A DNA stretch of 64,000 nucleotides from Tagaea sp. (GTDB lineage: Bacteria > Pseudomonadota > Alphaproteobacteria > CACIAM-22H2): the NCBI GenBank assembly GCA_965279525.1, contig CBDIIB010000005.1, positions 1 through 64,000 on the forward strand, given 5' to 3'. Both the position numbers and the translations under genes were made by a program. The notes under the pieces are model-generated. The model was given only the letters and a program-made list of their open reading frames with translations. It made no database searches and was not told the origin of the DNA. Shown in pieces: positions 36,359-47,567 of the stretch (positions within the stretch are counted from its first letter, which is position 1; each line of letters begins with the position of its first letter).

Positions 36359-36425
36359 ACAAATTTCTTGGATAAGTTATAAAAACTCAACGAAACCAAT
36401 TACTTACAATCGTATAGGGGGCACA

Positions 36426-36836
36426 ATGGTAGTCGCACTTTACCCGGCCATCCTCGAGTTCAACGACCCGGAATTCGTGGTCACGTTTCCGGATCTGGCG
36501 GGCTGTCGCGCGGTCGGCAGCACGCAGGACGACGCGGTCTGCAACGGCCTGTCGGCCCTGACCTTGTGGATTGAAAAGAAGGCCGCTTCGGGCGACGAGC
36601 CGCCCGAGCCCACGCCGCTCGACCAGTTGCCGGCAGAGCGCGGCCTGCACGAGGTGGCGCGCCTGCTGCTGAAGGCCGACGTGACGGGCCGCGTGCTGCG
36701 CCTCAACATCAGCCTCGACGAGGGGATTGTATCACTCGCCGATCGCCGCGCCGGCCATCAGGGCATGACGCGATCGGGCTATATCGCCTCGCTGATCCGC
36801 GCCGATCTCGCACGCGTCGGCCGCGCGCGGCGCTAG
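36426..36836 (+). CDS. hicB: HicB-family antitoxin (no adjacent hicA)
   Basis: YPAIL..FVVTFPDLAGC..G.T..DA; C-terminal RHH-like RLNISLD..GMTRSGYIA. Confidence 0.85.
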   Translation: MVVALYPAILEFNDPEFVVTFPDLAGCRAVGSTQDDAVCNGLSALTLWIEKKAASGDEPPEPTPLDQLPAERGLHEVARLLLKADVTGRVLRLNISLDEGIVSLADRRAGHQGMTRSGYIASLIRADLARVGRARR

Positions 36837-36843
36837 GCTCCGG

Positions 36844-36872
36844 TTGACGGGCCCTTCGGTTCGGCGCATCTA
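36844..36872 (+). promoter_or_regulatory. Putative rnpB promoter
   Basis: TTGACG-N17-CATCTA, about 6 nt upstream of the RNA 5' end. Confidence 0.55.
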
Positions 36873-36877
36873 GGCGG

Positions 36878-37267
36878 CGCCAGACGGTCGGATGGCCGCG
36901 GGGGCGCAAGCCTTCGAGGAAAGTCCGGGCTCCACGGAAATAAAGGTGCCGGGTAACGCCCGGCGGGGGCGACCCCAGGGACAGTGCAACAGAAAGCATA
37001 CCGCCAACCGGGCTTCGGCCCGCGGCAAGGGTGAAAGGGTGGGGTAAGAGCCCACCGCAGACGCGGCAACGCGGCTGGCACGGCAAACCCCACCTGGAGC
37101 AAGACCAAATAGGGGCGGCACGCGGGACCTTCGGGTCCCGCAATCTGTTTCCGGACAGCCGCCCGGGTCGGTCGCGTGAGGTGCCTGGCGACAGGCATCC
37201 CAGAGGAATGGTCATCGCCGGTTCCGCAAGGAGCCGGAACAGAACCCGGCTTACAGACCGTCTGGCG
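36878..37267 (+). ncRNA. rnpB: RNase P RNA (type A)
   Basis: GAGGAAAGTCCGGGCTCC and ACAGAACCCGGCTTA conserved regions; terminal P1 pairing CGCCAGACGGTC / GACCGTCTGGCG. Confidence 0.97.
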
Positions 37268-37430
37268 TTTTCCTCAATTCGAACGGCTTCGCGCCCTCCC
37301 CGCGCCATCGGCGTGCCGTGCGCGCGCCCTAATTCTTGAGTAAAACAGTCGGATTCACCGTTAAATTTGGTTAATGGATGTATGATCGCGACCAAAAGAA
37401 CGGAACGTGTTCGTGGCGGAACAGGGGCTT

Positions 37431-37480
37431 AGCCCATTGACGCCCATATACTCCCATGCTATCCCATATTGTCCCACGAC
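37431..37480. promoter_or_regulatory. MraZ-binding direct repeats over the dcw promoter
   Basis: CCCA at 37433, 37443, 37453, 37463 and 37473 (TGGG on the - strand, 10-bp period), overlapping TTGACG-N17-TATCCC. Confidence 0.8.
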
Positions 37481-37591
37481 CTCTAACCTTCGCGAAGGTG
37501 AGGCGCGTGGGTCCGCGCGGAAAGACGAATTTCTCCCGTTTTTCAAGGCGTTGCGAGGGTGGAGACGGAACCGGGGATACCGGCGCGGAAG

Positions 37592-38017
37592 ATGGCCAAG
37601 ACCGCGTTCATCGGCACATACCGTTTCAGGATCGACCGGAAGGGGCGCGTCTCCGTTCCGGCCGACTTCCGGGCCGTGCTCGCCGCCAAGGGCGAGGACG
37701 GGCTGAACGTGCTGCCGTGGGCCGGCCCCTCGGTACGCGCGATCGGCAACGACGTGCTCGCGAAGATCGCCGAAACCGCCGACCCGCTTGCCGCGTTCGA
37801 CGCCGCCCCGCTCGGCAATGCCGCGATCCTCGCGGCCGACCTCATTCCGCTGTCGCTCGACGCCGAAGGCCGCGTGCTGCTGCCCGAAGCGCTGGTGGCG
37901 CACTGCAAGCTCGGCGAGATCGCCGCCTTCGCCGGCCGCAACACGTTCTTCGAGATCTGGAACCCCGATGCGCTCGAGGCCTACCAGGCCGCGCGACGCG
38001 CGAGCCCGGGGGCATAA
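37592..38017 (+). CDS. mraZ: Division/cell wall cluster repressor MraZ
   Basis: Two DxxGR motifs (IDRKGRV, LDAEGRV), FEIWNP; first gene of dcw. Confidence 0.88.
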   Translation: MAKTAFIGTYRFRIDRKGRVSVPADFRAVLAAKGEDGLNVLPWAGPSVRAIGNDVLAKIAETADPLAAFDAAPLGNAAILAADLIPLSLDAEGRVLLPEALVAHCKLGEIAAFAGRNTFFEIWNPDALEAYQAARRASPGA

Positions 38018-38022
38018 GCCGC

Positions 38023-39012
38023 ATGGACGAGCCGGCCGTGCCCGAAGTTTCACCCCACGATGCGGCGCATGTCCCGGTCCTGCTTGCCGAAACGCTGGCC
38101 GCCCTCGCGGTGCGCGACGGCGGACGATATCTCGACGGCACGTTCGGTGCTGGCGGCTACACGCGCGCGATCCTTGCGGCGGCCGACTGCCGCGTCGTGG
38201 CGATCGACCGCGATCCCGACGCGCTGGCGCGCGGGAATTCCCTGAAAGCGCAGTACGGCGCGCGCCTGACGCTGGTCGAGGGCCGCTTCGGCGCACTCGA
38301 CGAAGTGGCGCATGAAGCCGGCTTCGAAGCACTCGACGGCGTGGCGCTCGACATCGGCGTCTCCTCCTCGCAGATCGACGAACCCGCGCGCGGCTTTTCC
38401 TTCCGCTTCGACGGCCCGCTCGACATGCGTATGGAAAAGAGCGGGACGAGTGCCGCCGACATCGTGAACTCCTGGGGCGAAACGGAACTCGCCGACACGA
38501 TCTTCCAGCTCGGCGAGGAACGCCATTCGCGCCGCGTGGCGCGCGCGATCGTCGCCGCACGCAAGGAAAAGCGCATCGAGCGCACTAGCGAACTCGCGCG
38601 CATCGTGCGTTCGGCCGTTCCCCGCTCGAAGGACGGCATCGATCCGGCCACGCGCACGTTCCAGGCGCTGCGCATCGCGACGAACGACGAGCTTGGCGAA
38701 CTCGCGCGCGGCCTTGCCGCCGCCGAACGCGTGCTCGCCCCCGGCGGGCGGCTTGCCGTCGTGTCGTTCCATTCGCTCGAGGACCGCGCGGTGAAGCGCT
38801 TCCTGAAGGCACGCTCGGGCGAAGCCGATCGCGGCTCGCGCCACTTGCCCGCGCGCGCGACGGGTGCCGCCCCCAGTTTCAAGCTCGTCTCGCGCAAGGG
38901 CATCCGTCCCGGCGCGGCGGAGGCCGACGCCAACCCGCGCGCCCGTTCGGCGACGCTGCGCGTGGCCGAACGCACGGAAGCACCCGCATGGGTCACGGAG
39001 GAAGCGGCATGA
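38023..39012 (+). CDS. rsmH: 16S rRNA m4C1402 methyltransferase
   Basis: [50 protein letters not shown]. Confidence 0.96.
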   Translation: MDEPAVPEVSPHDAAHVPVLLAETLAALAVRDGGRYLDGTFGAGGYTRAILAAADCRVVAIDRDPDALARGNSLKAQYGARLTLVEGRFGALDEVAHEAGFEALDGVALDIGVSSSQIDEPARGFSFRFDGPLDMRMEKSGTSAADIVNSWGETELADTIFQLGEERHSRRVARAIVAARKEKRIERTSELARIVRSAVPRSKDGIDPATRTFQALRIATNDELGELARGLAAAERVLAPGGRLAVVSFHSLEDRAVKRFLKARSGEADRGSRHLPARATGAAPSFKLVSRKGIRPGAAEADANPRARSATLRVAERTEAPAWVTEEAA

Positions 39013-39362
39013 TCCGCATCGCCACGTGGCTGTGGATCGCCATCGCCGGCGCGATGGGCTACGGGCTCTACCAGCTCAAGCACGAGGTGCTGGCGCTGGA
39101 GAACGAGCTGTTCCGTCTCAACCGGCAGATCGTCCAGGAACAGCAGAACATCCACGTGCTGAAGGCGGAGTGGAGCTACATCAACCAGCCCGGCCGCCTG
39201 CAGGCACTCGCCCAGCGCCATCTCGACCTGCAGCCGATGTCGCCCAAACAGTTCGGCCGTCTCGATGCGTTGCCGACATTGCCCGCACAGCTCCAGCCCG
39301 CGGGGCCGGGCGTGCGCGTGACCGCGGTACCGGCACCCGCCCGCCCGACGGAGACGCGCTAG
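39009..39362 (+). CDS. ftsL: Cell division protein FtsL
   Basis: TM helix + coiled coil; [14 protein letters not shown]; position between rsmH and ftsI. Confidence 0.9.
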   Translation: MIRIATWLWIAIAGAMGYGLYQLKHEVLALENELFRLNRQIVQEQQNIHVLKAEWSYINQPGRLQALAQRHLDLQPMSPKQFGRLDALPTLPAQLQPAGPGVRVTAVPAPARPTETR

Positions 39363-41066
39363 ATGGCGACGCGCCTTTCCGACATCGTGCGCGCCATTCC
39401 CGCCCGCCTGCGCCTGCAGGGCACCGCCGCGCGCTCGATGGAAACGGCACGCCACCGCCTCGTCATCGGCGGGCTGCTCTTCGCGGTCGCCTTCGCGGTC
39501 GTCTCGGTGCGCCTCGTCGACGTGACGCTGCTGGCCGAAGTGCGTGAGCCGCGTCCGGCCCGCGTGCCCAATACCGGGCCGCTCGACCTCGCGCGCGCCG
39601 ACATCGTCGACCGCAATGGCGTGCTTCTCGCCACGTCGCTCGTCACGCAGTCGCTCTACGCGAACCCCAAGCTGATCGGCGATGCCGCGACGATCGCACG
39701 GCGCCTCGCCGCCGTGCTGCCGGGTCTCGACGAGAAGGCGGTGCGCGAGCGCCTTGCAGCGGAAACCCGCAGCTTCGTGTGGATCCGGCGCAACCTCACG
39801 CCGCGCCAGCAGTACGAGGTCAACCGGCTCGGCGTGCCGGGCCTGTTCTTCCAGCGCGAGGAGCGGCGCGTCTATCCGCACGGCACGCTCGCCAGCCACG
39901 TCGTGGGCTTCTCCGACGTCGACAACCGCGGCCTTGCGGGCGTCGAACAGGCGTTCGACGAGCGGCTGAAGGCCGATGCCGGCCCGCTGAAGCTTTCGAT
40001 CGACGTGCGCGTCCAGCATGCCGTACGCGAGGAGATCCAGCGCGCGATCGACGATTTCAGCGCCATCGGCGGCATGGGCGTGGTGCTCGACGTCAACACC
40101 GGCGAGACGCTCGCGATGGTGTCGCTGCCCGACTTCGATTCCAATGCCCCCGGCCTTGCCGACGCGGAAAGCCGCTTCAACCGCAACACGCTCGGCACGT
40201 ACGAGATGGGCTCGACGTTCAAGATCTTCACGGCCGCGATGGGTTTCGACGCCGGTGCGGTACGCATGCAGGACAGCTGGGACGCGAGCCGGCCCTACAA
40301 CATCGGCCGCTTCACGATCTCGGATTTCAAGGGGAAGAACCGCTGGCTCTCGACGCCGGAGGTCTTCATCTATTCGTCGAACCTGGGCGCCTTGCGCATG
40401 GCGCTGCAGATCGGCGTTTCCCGCCAGCGCGATTTTCTCGACCGCGTCGGCTTCCTGAAGCCCTCGCCCATCGAGCTGCCGGAAGTCTCCCATCCGCTGG
40501 TCCCCAAGCCGTGGCGCGAGATCAACGCGATGACGATCGCCTTCGGGCACGGCATCACCGTCTCGCCCATGCAGCTCGTCTCGGCCACGGCCGCGTCGGT
40601 CGGCGGCGGCATCATGCGCGCACCGACGATCCTGGCGCGCGAGCCGGGTGCGCGGGTCCCGGGCGAGCGCGTGATGAGTGCGGCGGCATCGACCCAGCTC
40701 AACCAGCTCATGCGCCTCAATGTCGAGAAGGGCTCGGGCAAGACCGCCGAGGTCGCCGGCTATTTCGTCGGCGGCAAGACGGGCACGGCCGAGAAAATCC
40801 AGCGCGGCGGCTACAAGAAGAACGCGCGCATCTCGTCGTTCGTCGCCTCGTTCCCGGCGCACGCCCCCCAGTACGTGCTGCTCGTCATGGTCGACGAGCC
40901 GCAGGGCAAGCGCGAGACCGGCGGCTACGCGACCGGCGGTGTCGTCGCGGCCCCCGCGGCCGGCCGCATCATCGCGCGCGTGGCCCCCATCCTGGGCGTG
41001 ACGCCGATGAACGAAGCGCCCCCCGACATCACCCGGCCGCTCCTTGCGGCCGCGAGCAGCCGGTAG
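39363..41066 (+). CDS. ftsI: Penicillin-binding protein 3
   Basis: RADIVDRNG; GSTFK (SxxK), SSN, GKTGT. Confidence 0.95.
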   Translation: MATRLSDIVRAIPARLRLQGTAARSMETARHRLVIGGLLFAVAFAVVSVRLVDVTLLAEVREPRPARVPNTGPLDLARADIVDRNGVLLATSLVTQSLYANPKLIGDAATIARRLAAVLPGLDEKAVRERLAAETRSFVWIRRNLTPRQQYEVNRLGVPGLFFQREERRVYPHGTLASHVVGFSDVDNRGLAGVEQAFDERLKADAGPLKLSIDVRVQHAVREEIQRAIDDFSAIGGMGVVLDVNTGETLAMVSLPDFDSNAPGLADAESRFNRNTLGTYEMGSTFKIFTAAMGFDAGAVRMQDSWDASRPYNIGRFTISDFKGKNRWLSTPEVFIYSSNLGALRMALQIGVSRQRDFLDRVGFLKPSPIELPEVSHPLVPKPWREINAMTIAFGHGITVSPMQLVSATAASVGGGIMRAPTILAREPGARVPGERVMSAAASTQLNQLMRLNVEKGSGKTAEVAGYFVGGKTGTAEKIQRGGYKKNARISSFVASFPAHAPQYVLLVMVDEPQGKRETGGYATGGVVAAPAAGRIIARVAPILGVTPMNEAPPDITRPLLAAASSR

Positions 41067-41073
41067 GGGGCAG

Positions 41074-42528
41074 ATGAAATTGGGCCTGCTCCTCGACCAC
41101 GAGACCATCCTGCGCAACGCGGCCGGACGCGATCCCGAGATCGCCGGCGTGACGGCAGACTCGCGCGCCGTCGCGCGCGGCTTCCTGTTCGCGGCCTTGC
41201 CCGGCGCAAAGCACGACGGCCGCGCCTATGTCGGCGAAGCGCTGCGCCGGGGTGCGGCCGCGGTGCTCGCGGGCCCCGGTCTCGACCTGCCCGCAGGCGT
41301 GCCCTATGTCGAGGCGGCCAATCCGCGCCGCGCCTTCGCGCGTGCGGCCGCGCGCTTCGCAGGCGCCCAGCCGCGCACGGTCGTCGCCGTCACGGGAACC
41401 AGCGGCAAGACGTCGGTCGCGAGCTTCGCCCGCCAGATCTGGGACCATGCGGGCCGCAAGGCCGCGAGCCTGGGTACGCTGGGTCTCGTCGCCCCGCACA
41501 TGGCGCGCTACGGCGCGCTGACGACCGCCGATCCGGTCAGCCTGCACAAGGATCTCGCCGAGCTTGCCGCCGCCGGCGTCAATCACGTCGCGATCGAGGC
41601 GTCGAGCCACGGGCTCGACCAGTGCCGGCTCGACGGCGTGACGCTGACGGCCGCCGCTTTCACGAATCTCAGCCGCGACCATCTCGACTACCACCCGACG
41701 ATGGAAGCCTATCTCGCCGCCAAGCAGCGGCTGTTCGACACGCTGCTGCCGCAAGGTGCCGTCGCCGTGCTCAATGCCGATGCGCCCGAATACGCGGCCC
41801 TGCGCGACATCTGCCTTGCGCGCCGCCAGCGCGTGATCGGCTATGGCCGGACGGGCGACGACATCCGCCTCGTCTCGGCAACGCCCGTCCCGCAAGGGCA
41901 GGATCTCGAGATCGTCGCCTTCGGGAACGCGCGCCGCATCACGCTGCCGCTCGCCGGTGCCTTCCAGGCGATGAACGTGCTCGCCGCGGTCGGCCTCACG
42001 GTCGGCACCGGGCTTTCGCCGCACGCCGCCCTCGACGCGCTTCCCGCACTCGAAGGCGTGCCCGGCCGCCTGCAGCTTGCCGGCATCAAGGAAAATGGCG
42101 CTTCGGTCTATGTCGACTACGCGCACAAGCCCGACGCGCTGGCGACGATGCTCGACGCGCTGAAGCCGCATGTCGAGGGCCGGCTCGTCGTCGTGTTCGG
42201 CTGCGGCGGCGATCGCGACGCGGGCAAACGCCCGATCATGGGCCGCATCGCGAGCGAGCGCGCCGACCGCGTGATCGTCACGGACGACAATCCGCGCTCG
42301 GAAGATCCCGCGACGGTCCGCGCCGCCATCCTCGCTGCCGCCCCCGGTGCGATCGAGATCGCGTCTCGCGAAGACGCGATCCGCGCGGCGGTCGCCGGGC
42401 TCGGCGCCGGCGACGTGCTCGTGATCGCCGGCAAGGGCCACGAACGCGGCCAGATCGTCGGCGACGTGACGCTGCCCTTCGACGATTTCGAGCAGGCGCG
42501 TCTGGCACTGGCCGGAGGTGATGCATGA
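41074..42528 (+). CDS. murE: UDP-MurNAc-Ala-Glu--DAP ligase
   Basis: VTGTSGKT, EASSHGL, DHLDYH, DYAHKPD, DDNPR (DAP specificity), AGKGHE. Confidence 0.96.
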   Translation: MKLGLLLDHETILRNAAGRDPEIAGVTADSRAVARGFLFAALPGAKHDGRAYVGEALRRGAAAVLAGPGLDLPAGVPYVEAANPRRAFARAAARFAGAQPRTVVAVTGTSGKTSVASFARQIWDHAGRKAASLGTLGLVAPHMARYGALTTADPVSLHKDLAELAAAGVNHVAIEASSHGLDQCRLDGVTLTAAAFTNLSRDHLDYHPTMEAYLAAKQRLFDTLLPQGAVAVLNADAPEYAALRDICLARRQRVIGYGRTGDDIRLVSATPVPQGQDLEIVAFGNARRITLPLAGAFQAMNVLAAVGLTVGTGLSPHAALDALPALEGVPGRLQLAGIKENGASVYVDYAHKPDALATMLDALKPHVEGRLVVVFGCGGDRDAGKRPIMGRIASERADRVIVTDDNPRSEDPATVRAAILAAAPGAIEIASREDAIRAAVAGLGAGDVLVIAGKGHERGQIVGDVTLPFDDFEQARLALAGGDA

Positions 42529-43970
42529 GTGCGGCACTCTGGACCGCCGACGAGGCGATGAAGGCGACGGCCGGCCGTCTCGCCGGTCCGGCCGCGTGGG
42601 CGGCGACGGGCATTTCGATCGACACGCGCACGCTCGAACCTGGCGACCTGTTCGTGGCGCTGAAGGGCGAGGCGAACGACGGCCACGCGCATGTCGCCAC
42701 AGCTTTCTCCAAGGGTGCCGCCGCGGCACTCGTCGACAATGCGGCACCCGGCCCCTGCCTCGTGGTGTCCGACACGCTCAAGGGTGTCGCCGATCTGGGC
42801 CGGGCCGCACGCGCGCGCGCCGACGTGCGCGCCCTCGCCGTCACCGGCTCGATCGGCAAGACGAGCACCAAGGAAGCGCTGGCCCACGCGCTGCAGCGCC
42901 AGGCCCCCACGCACGCCGCGCGCGCCTCGTTCAACAACCATATCGGCGTGCCGGTCACGCTCGCGCGCATGCCGCGCGACACGGTCTATGGCGTCTTCGA
43001 GGTCGGCATGAACCATGCGGGCGAGATCGCGCCCCTCGCCGCCATGATCCGGCCGGAAGTGGCGCTCGTCACGACCGTCGAGGCCGTGCACACCGAAAAC
43101 TTCCCCGACGGGATCGCCGGCGTGGCCGCCGCCAAGGCCGAGATCTTCTCCGCCGGCGGCCCGTTCGCGCACGGCAACCCGGGCACGGCCGTGCTGCCGG
43201 CCGACAGCGAATTCCACGATTTCCTCGCGACACGCGCGAAGGCCGCCGGCTGGGGCCGCACGATGTCCTTCGGCACGAAGGCAGGATCCGACGCGCGCCT
43301 CGTCGACTGGACGGGCGACGCGACGCGCGGCCACGCGCGCGTCGAACTCCTCGGCCGCACGCTGGAATTCGAGATCGGCGCACCGGGCCGCCACTGGGCG
43401 ATGAACCTGGCGGGCGCCCTTCTCGCGATCGCGGCACTGGGTGCCGACACGCAAGCCGCCGCCGACTCGTTCGCGACGGTCGCCGTACCCAAGGGCCGCG
43501 GCCAGCGCCACACGGTCGCGCTGCCCGACGGCGGCACGTTCCTGCTGATCGACGACAGCTACAACGCCTCGCCGCCCGCCATGCGCGCGGCTTTCGCCGT
43601 GCTTGCCGGCGCGGTGCTTCCCGCCGGCGGCCGGCGGATCGCCGTGCTCGGCGACATGCTGGAACTCGGCCCCCAGGCCGTCGCGATGCACGAATCGCTG
43701 GCCGAGCCGCTCGAAGCCAACCGGATCGATCGCGTCCATTGCTGCGGTCCCAACATGCGCCGCCTCCACGAACGCCTGCCCGCAGCGATGCGCGGTGTGT
43801 GGGCGAAGGATTCGGCTGCCCTCGAACCGGCGGTGCTCGCCGACATGCGCGCGGGCGACGCGGTCACGGTCAAGGGATCGCTCGGCAGCAAGATGGGCCG
43901 CATCGTCGAAGCGCTGCGCGCCCTCGGACAATCCCACACGCAAGGCCGCAAGGCCGCGGGCGAGAGGTAA
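42525..43970 (+). CDS. murF: UDP-MurNAc-tripeptide--D-Ala-D-Ala ligase
   Basis: VTGSIGKTSTK, SFNNHIGVP, EVGMNHAGEI, DDSYNASP, GDMLELG. Confidence 0.96.
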   Translation: MSAALWTADEAMKATAGRLAGPAAWAATGISIDTRTLEPGDLFVALKGEANDGHAHVATAFSKGAAAALVDNAAPGPCLVVSDTLKGVADLGRAARARADVRALAVTGSIGKTSTKEALAHALQRQAPTHAARASFNNHIGVPVTLARMPRDTVYGVFEVGMNHAGEIAPLAAMIRPEVALVTTVEAVHTENFPDGIAGVAAAKAEIFSAGGPFAHGNPGTAVLPADSEFHDFLATRAKAAGWGRTMSFGTKAGSDARLVDWTGDATRGHARVELLGRTLEFEIGAPGRHWAMNLAGALLAIAALGADTQAAADSFATVAVPKGRGQRHTVALPDGGTFLLIDDSYNASPPAMRAAFAVLAGAVLPAGGRRIAVLGDMLELGPQAVAMHESLAEPLEANRIDRVHCCGPNMRRLHERLPAAMRGVWAKDSAALEPAVLADMRAGDAVTVKGSLGSKMGRIVEALRALGQSHTQGRKAAGER

Positions 43971-43979
43971 AGGCAAGCG

Positions 43980-45065
43980 ATGTTCTACAACCTCCTCGTC
44001 CCGCTCGCCGACAGCTTCGCGCCGTTCAACGTGTTCCGCTACATCACGTTCCGTTCGGGCGGAGCCGTGATGACGGCGCTGCTGATCGCCTTCCTGTTCG
44101 GCGAGAGCGTCATCGGCTGGCTCAAGTCCAAGCAGCCCGAGCCGCCGATCCGCGCCGACACGCCCGAACGCCACGCGCTGACCAAGAAGGGCACGCCCAC
44201 GATGGGCGGCGTGCTGATCCTGCTGTCGCTGGGCGTCTCGACGCTGCTGTGGGCGGACCTGCGCAACGGCTATGTGTGGGCCGTGCTGACCGTCACGCTC
44301 GGGTTCGGCGCCGTCGGTTTCTACGACGACTACCTGAAGCTGACGAAGAAGAACTCGAAGGGTCTTGCCGGGCGCTGGAAGCTCGTCTTCCAGACGCTGA
44401 TCTCGCTGCTGGCGACCGCGTGGATCGTCTACCTGACGCGCGAGCCCCTTTCCACCCAGGTCGCCGTGCCGTTCTTCAAGGACCTGCTGCTCGATTTCGG
44501 CCTGTTCTTCTTCCCCTTCGCGATCTTCGTCATGGTCGGCTCGTCCAACGCGGTCAACCTCACAGACGGGCTCGACGGGCTCGCGATCGTGCCGGTGATG
44601 ATCGCGGCGGGCTGCTTCGCGGCCTTCGCCTATGTCGCGGGCAACGCGATCTTCGCCAACTACCTGCTGATCCACCACGTGCCCGGTGCGGGCGAGCTTG
44701 CGGTCGTGTGCGCGGCCATCGTCGGCGCCTCGCTCGGGTTCCTGTGGTTCAACGCGCCGCCGGCCATGGTGTTCATGGGCGACACCGGCTCGCTGTCGAT
44801 GGGCGGAGCGCTGGGTGCGGTCGCCGTCGTGACCAAGAACGAGTTCACGCTCGCCATCGTCGGCGGGCTGTTCGTGGTCGAGGCGGTCTCGGTCATCGTG
44901 CAGGTCGCGTCGTTCAAGCTCACCGGCAAGCGCATCTTCCTGATGGCGCCGCTGCACCACCATTTCGAGAAGATGGGCTGGGCCGAACCGACCATCGTGA
45001 TCCGTTTCTGGATCATCGCTTCCATCCTGGCGCTCGCGGGTCTCGCGACGCTGAAGCTGCGGTGA
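43980..45065 (+). CDS. mraY: Phospho-MurNAc-pentapeptide transferase
   Basis: [37 protein letters not shown]. Confidence 0.97.
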   Translation: MFYNLLVPLADSFAPFNVFRYITFRSGGAVMTALLIAFLFGESVIGWLKSKQPEPPIRADTPERHALTKKGTPTMGGVLILLSLGVSTLLWADLRNGYVWAVLTVTLGFGAVGFYDDYLKLTKKNSKGLAGRWKLVFQTLISLLATAWIVYLTREPLSTQVAVPFFKDLLLDFGLFFFPFAIFVMVGSSNAVNLTDGLDGLAIVPVMIAAGCFAAFAYVAGNAIFANYLLIHHVPGAGELAVVCAAIVGASLGFLWFNAPPAMVFMGDTGSLSMGGALGAVAVVTKNEFTLAIVGGLFVVEAVSVIVQVASFKLTGKRIFLMAPLHHHFEKMGWAEPTIVIRFWIIASILALAGLATLKLR

Positions 45066-45069
45066 CGGG

Positions 45070-46449
45070 ATGATCGACGTCTATCCCTTCCACGGATTTC
45101 CGGTCGCGGTGCTCGGCCTCGGCAAGTCGGGTCTGCCGACGGCTTTGGCTCTGGCCGCGTCGGGCGCCGAGGTGTGGGCATGGGACGACAGCGAGGACCG
45201 GCGCGCGGAAGCGCGTGCCGCCGGCGTCAATCTCGTCGACCTGCATGCAGCCGACTTGCGCGAACTCACCACGCTGGTGCTGTCGCCCGGCATCCCGCAC
45301 ACGCATCCGGCACCGCACGCCGTCGTCACACACGCGCGCGCGGCCGGCCTCGAGATCGTCTGCGACGTCGACCTCTTGTTCCGCACGCAGCGCGAGGCGG
45401 CCTATGTCGGCATCACCGGCACCAACGGCAAATCGACGACGACGGCCCTGATCGGCCACGTGCTGAAGCACGCCAAGCGCCGCGTCGAGATCGGCGGCAA
45501 CATCGGCACGGCGGCCCTGTCGCTCGAGCCGCTCGCCGACGGCGGCACCTATGTGGTCGAGATGTCGAGCTACCAGCTCGAGCTTTCGCCCACTTCCGTG
45601 TGGGACGTGGCCGTGCTGCTCAACGTCTCGCCCGACCATCTCGACCGCCACGGCGGCATGGACGGCTATGTCGCGGCCAAGCGCAACATCTTCCAGCGCC
45701 AGACGCGCCCGCGCGCCGCGATCGTCGGCGTGGACGACGCGATCTCGGCCGGCATCCACGCGGATCTCGCGCGCGCCGACGACCAGACGGTGATCGCGAT
45801 CTCCGGTTCCAAGCGCCTGACGCGCGGCGTCTACGTCGCCGAAGGCATCCTGTACGACGCGCGCGACGGCAAGCCGGTCGCGATCCGCGACCTTTCCGAT
45901 TGCCTGACGCTGCCCGGTGCCCACAACCACCAGAACGCGGCGGCCGCCGCCGCCGTGGCGCTGCAGATCGGCATCGCACCAGCCAAGATCAGCGAAGCGC
46001 TGGCGACATATCCGGGCCTTGCCCACCGGCAGGAACGCATCGCCACGCTCGACGGCGTGCTGTTCGTCAACGACAGCAAGGCGACCAACGCCGACGCCGC
46101 TGCCCGGGCCCTTGGCTGCTACGACAAGATCCAGTGGATCGCGGGCGGTCAGGCCAAGGAAGGCGGCATCGAAAGCCTCCGTCCGTATTTCCCGCGCGTG
46201 GCGCACGCCTGGCTGATCGGCGAGGCGGCGAACGAATTCGCGCGCACGCTGGGCGACGTGCCCCACACGCTGGCGGTCGATCTTGCGACCGCCGTGCGCG
46301 GTGCATTCGCCACCGCGAAGCCCGGCTCGGTCGTGCTGCTGTCGCCGGCCTGCGCTTCGTGGGACCAGTTCAAGAGCTTCGAGCATCGCGGCGAGACGTT
46401 CCGCGGCCTCGTGGCCGGGCTCTCGGGCAGCGAGGGGTTGGCGGCATGA
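45070..46449 (+). CDS. murD: UDP-MurNAc-Ala--D-Glu ligase
   Basis: GLGKSG, ITGTNGKSTT, EMSSYQ, DHLDRH, NDSKATN, SPACASWDQF. Confidence 0.96.
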   Translation: MIDVYPFHGFPVAVLGLGKSGLPTALALAASGAEVWAWDDSEDRRAEARAAGVNLVDLHAADLRELTTLVLSPGIPHTHPAPHAVVTHARAAGLEIVCDVDLLFRTQREAAYVGITGTNGKSTTTALIGHVLKHAKRRVEIGGNIGTAALSLEPLADGGTYVVEMSSYQLELSPTSVWDVAVLLNVSPDHLDRHGGMDGYVAAKRNIFQRQTRPRAAIVGVDDAISAGIHADLARADDQTVIAISGSKRLTRGVYVAEGILYDARDGKPVAIRDLSDCLTLPGAHNHQNAAAAAAVALQIGIAPAKISEALATYPGLAHRQERIATLDGVLFVNDSKATNADAAARALGCYDKIQWIAGGQAKEGGIESLRPYFPRVAHAWLIGEAANEFARTLGDVPHTLAVDLATAVRGAFATAKPGSVVLLSPACASWDQFKSFEHRGETFRGLVAGLSGSEGLAA

Positions 46450-47567
46450 GCTTCTCGCGCACCGACAATTCGGTCATGGCCCGCTGGTGGTGGACGGTCG
46501 ACAGGTGGCTGCTCGTGGCGCTTGCCCTGCTCATCGGCCTGGGTGCCGTGATGATCATGGCCGCCTCGCCGGCTGTCGCCTCGCGCGTGGGCCTGAACTC
46601 GTTCCACTTCGTCAGCAAGCAGCTCCAGATCCTTCCCGTCGCGATCCTGATCATGCTCGGCGTGTCGATGCTCGACCCGCGCCAGGTGCGCGGGCTCGCA
46701 CTCGCCGGCTTCATCGGTGCTGCCGTGCTGCTGTGCCTCACCTTCGCGATCGGCATGGAGATCAAGGGTGCCAAGCGCTGGATCAGCCTGCCGGGCATGT
46801 CGCTGCAGCCGTCCGAGTTCGTGAAGCCGACGCTCGCCGTCGTCTCGGCCTGGCTCTTCGCGCTCGCGCGCAAGAAGGAAGGCTTCCCGGGCGACGCGAT
46901 CGCGATCCTCGCCTACGGCGGCACGATGGCGCTCTTGCTGCTGCAGCCGGACATCGGCATGGCGTTCGTGGTGTCGGCGGTGTGGTTCGCGCAGTATTTC
47001 CTGGCCGGCCTTCGCGTGCTGTGGGTCGTGGTCCTGGCGGCCGCGGGCGGCGGGGCGGCGGTGCTGCTCTATCTGACGTTCCCGCATTTCACGAGCCGCG
47101 TGAACCGCTTCCTCGATCCGGCATCGGGCGACACCTACCAGATCAACACGGCGATGGAAGCCTTCGTGAATGGCGGCCTGCTCGGGCGCGGCCCCGGCGA
47201 AGGTACGGTCAAGTCCTCGCTGCCCGACGCGCACTCGGATTTCATCTTCGCGGTCGCGGCCGAGGAATTCGGCCTGATCCTGTGCCTCGTCGTCGTGGCC
47301 CTCTACGCCTTCGTCGTGCTGCGCGGCTTCGCGCGCGCATTGCAGGAGACCGACCTGTTCTCGCTGCTCGCGATCGCGGGCCTGTGCGTCCAGTTCGGCG
47401 TGCAGGCGCTCGTCAACATGGGTTCCACGCTGCACCTGATCCCGACCAAGGGCATGACGCTGCCCTTCGTCAGCTACGGCGGCTCGTCGCTGCTGGCGAT
47501 CGCACTCGGCATGGGTTTCGTGCTCGCACTCAGCCGCAAGCGCTTCGGTGCGGGAGAAACGCTATGA
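46446..47567 (+). CDS. ftsW: SEDS glycosyltransferase FtsW
   Basis: [33 protein letters not shown]. Confidence 0.96.
   Translation: MSFSRTDNSVMARWWWTVDRWLLVALALLIGLGAVMIMAASPAVASRVGLNSFHFVSKQLQILPVAILIMLGVSMLDPRQVRGLALAGFIGAAVLLCLTFAIGMEIKGAKRWISLPGMSLQPSEFVKPTLAVVSAWLFALARKKEGFPGDAIAILAYGGTMALLLLQPDIGMAFVVSAVWFAQYFLAGLRVLWVVVLAAAGGGAAVLLYLTFPHFTSRVNRFLDPASGDTYQINTAMEAFVNGGLLGRGPGEGTVKSSLPDAHSDFIFAVAAEEFGLILCLVVVALYAFVVLRGFARALQETDLFSLLAIAGLCVQFGVQALVNMGSTLHLIPTKGMTLPFVSYGGSSLLAIALGMGFVLALSRKRFGAGETL

Noticed and set aside
37361-37374. Possible CtrA box TTAA-N6-TTAA upstream of dcw, next to a GANTC site (37352-37356)
   Set aside because: Spacer is 6 rather than the canonical 7; at best half-sites
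36709-37395. ORFs overlapping 36878-37267
   Set aside because: The region is RNase P RNA
37431-37480. 10-bp periodic repeats as CRISPR or iterons
   Set aside because: Too short, no spacers, no cas or rep gene; explained by MraZ boxes
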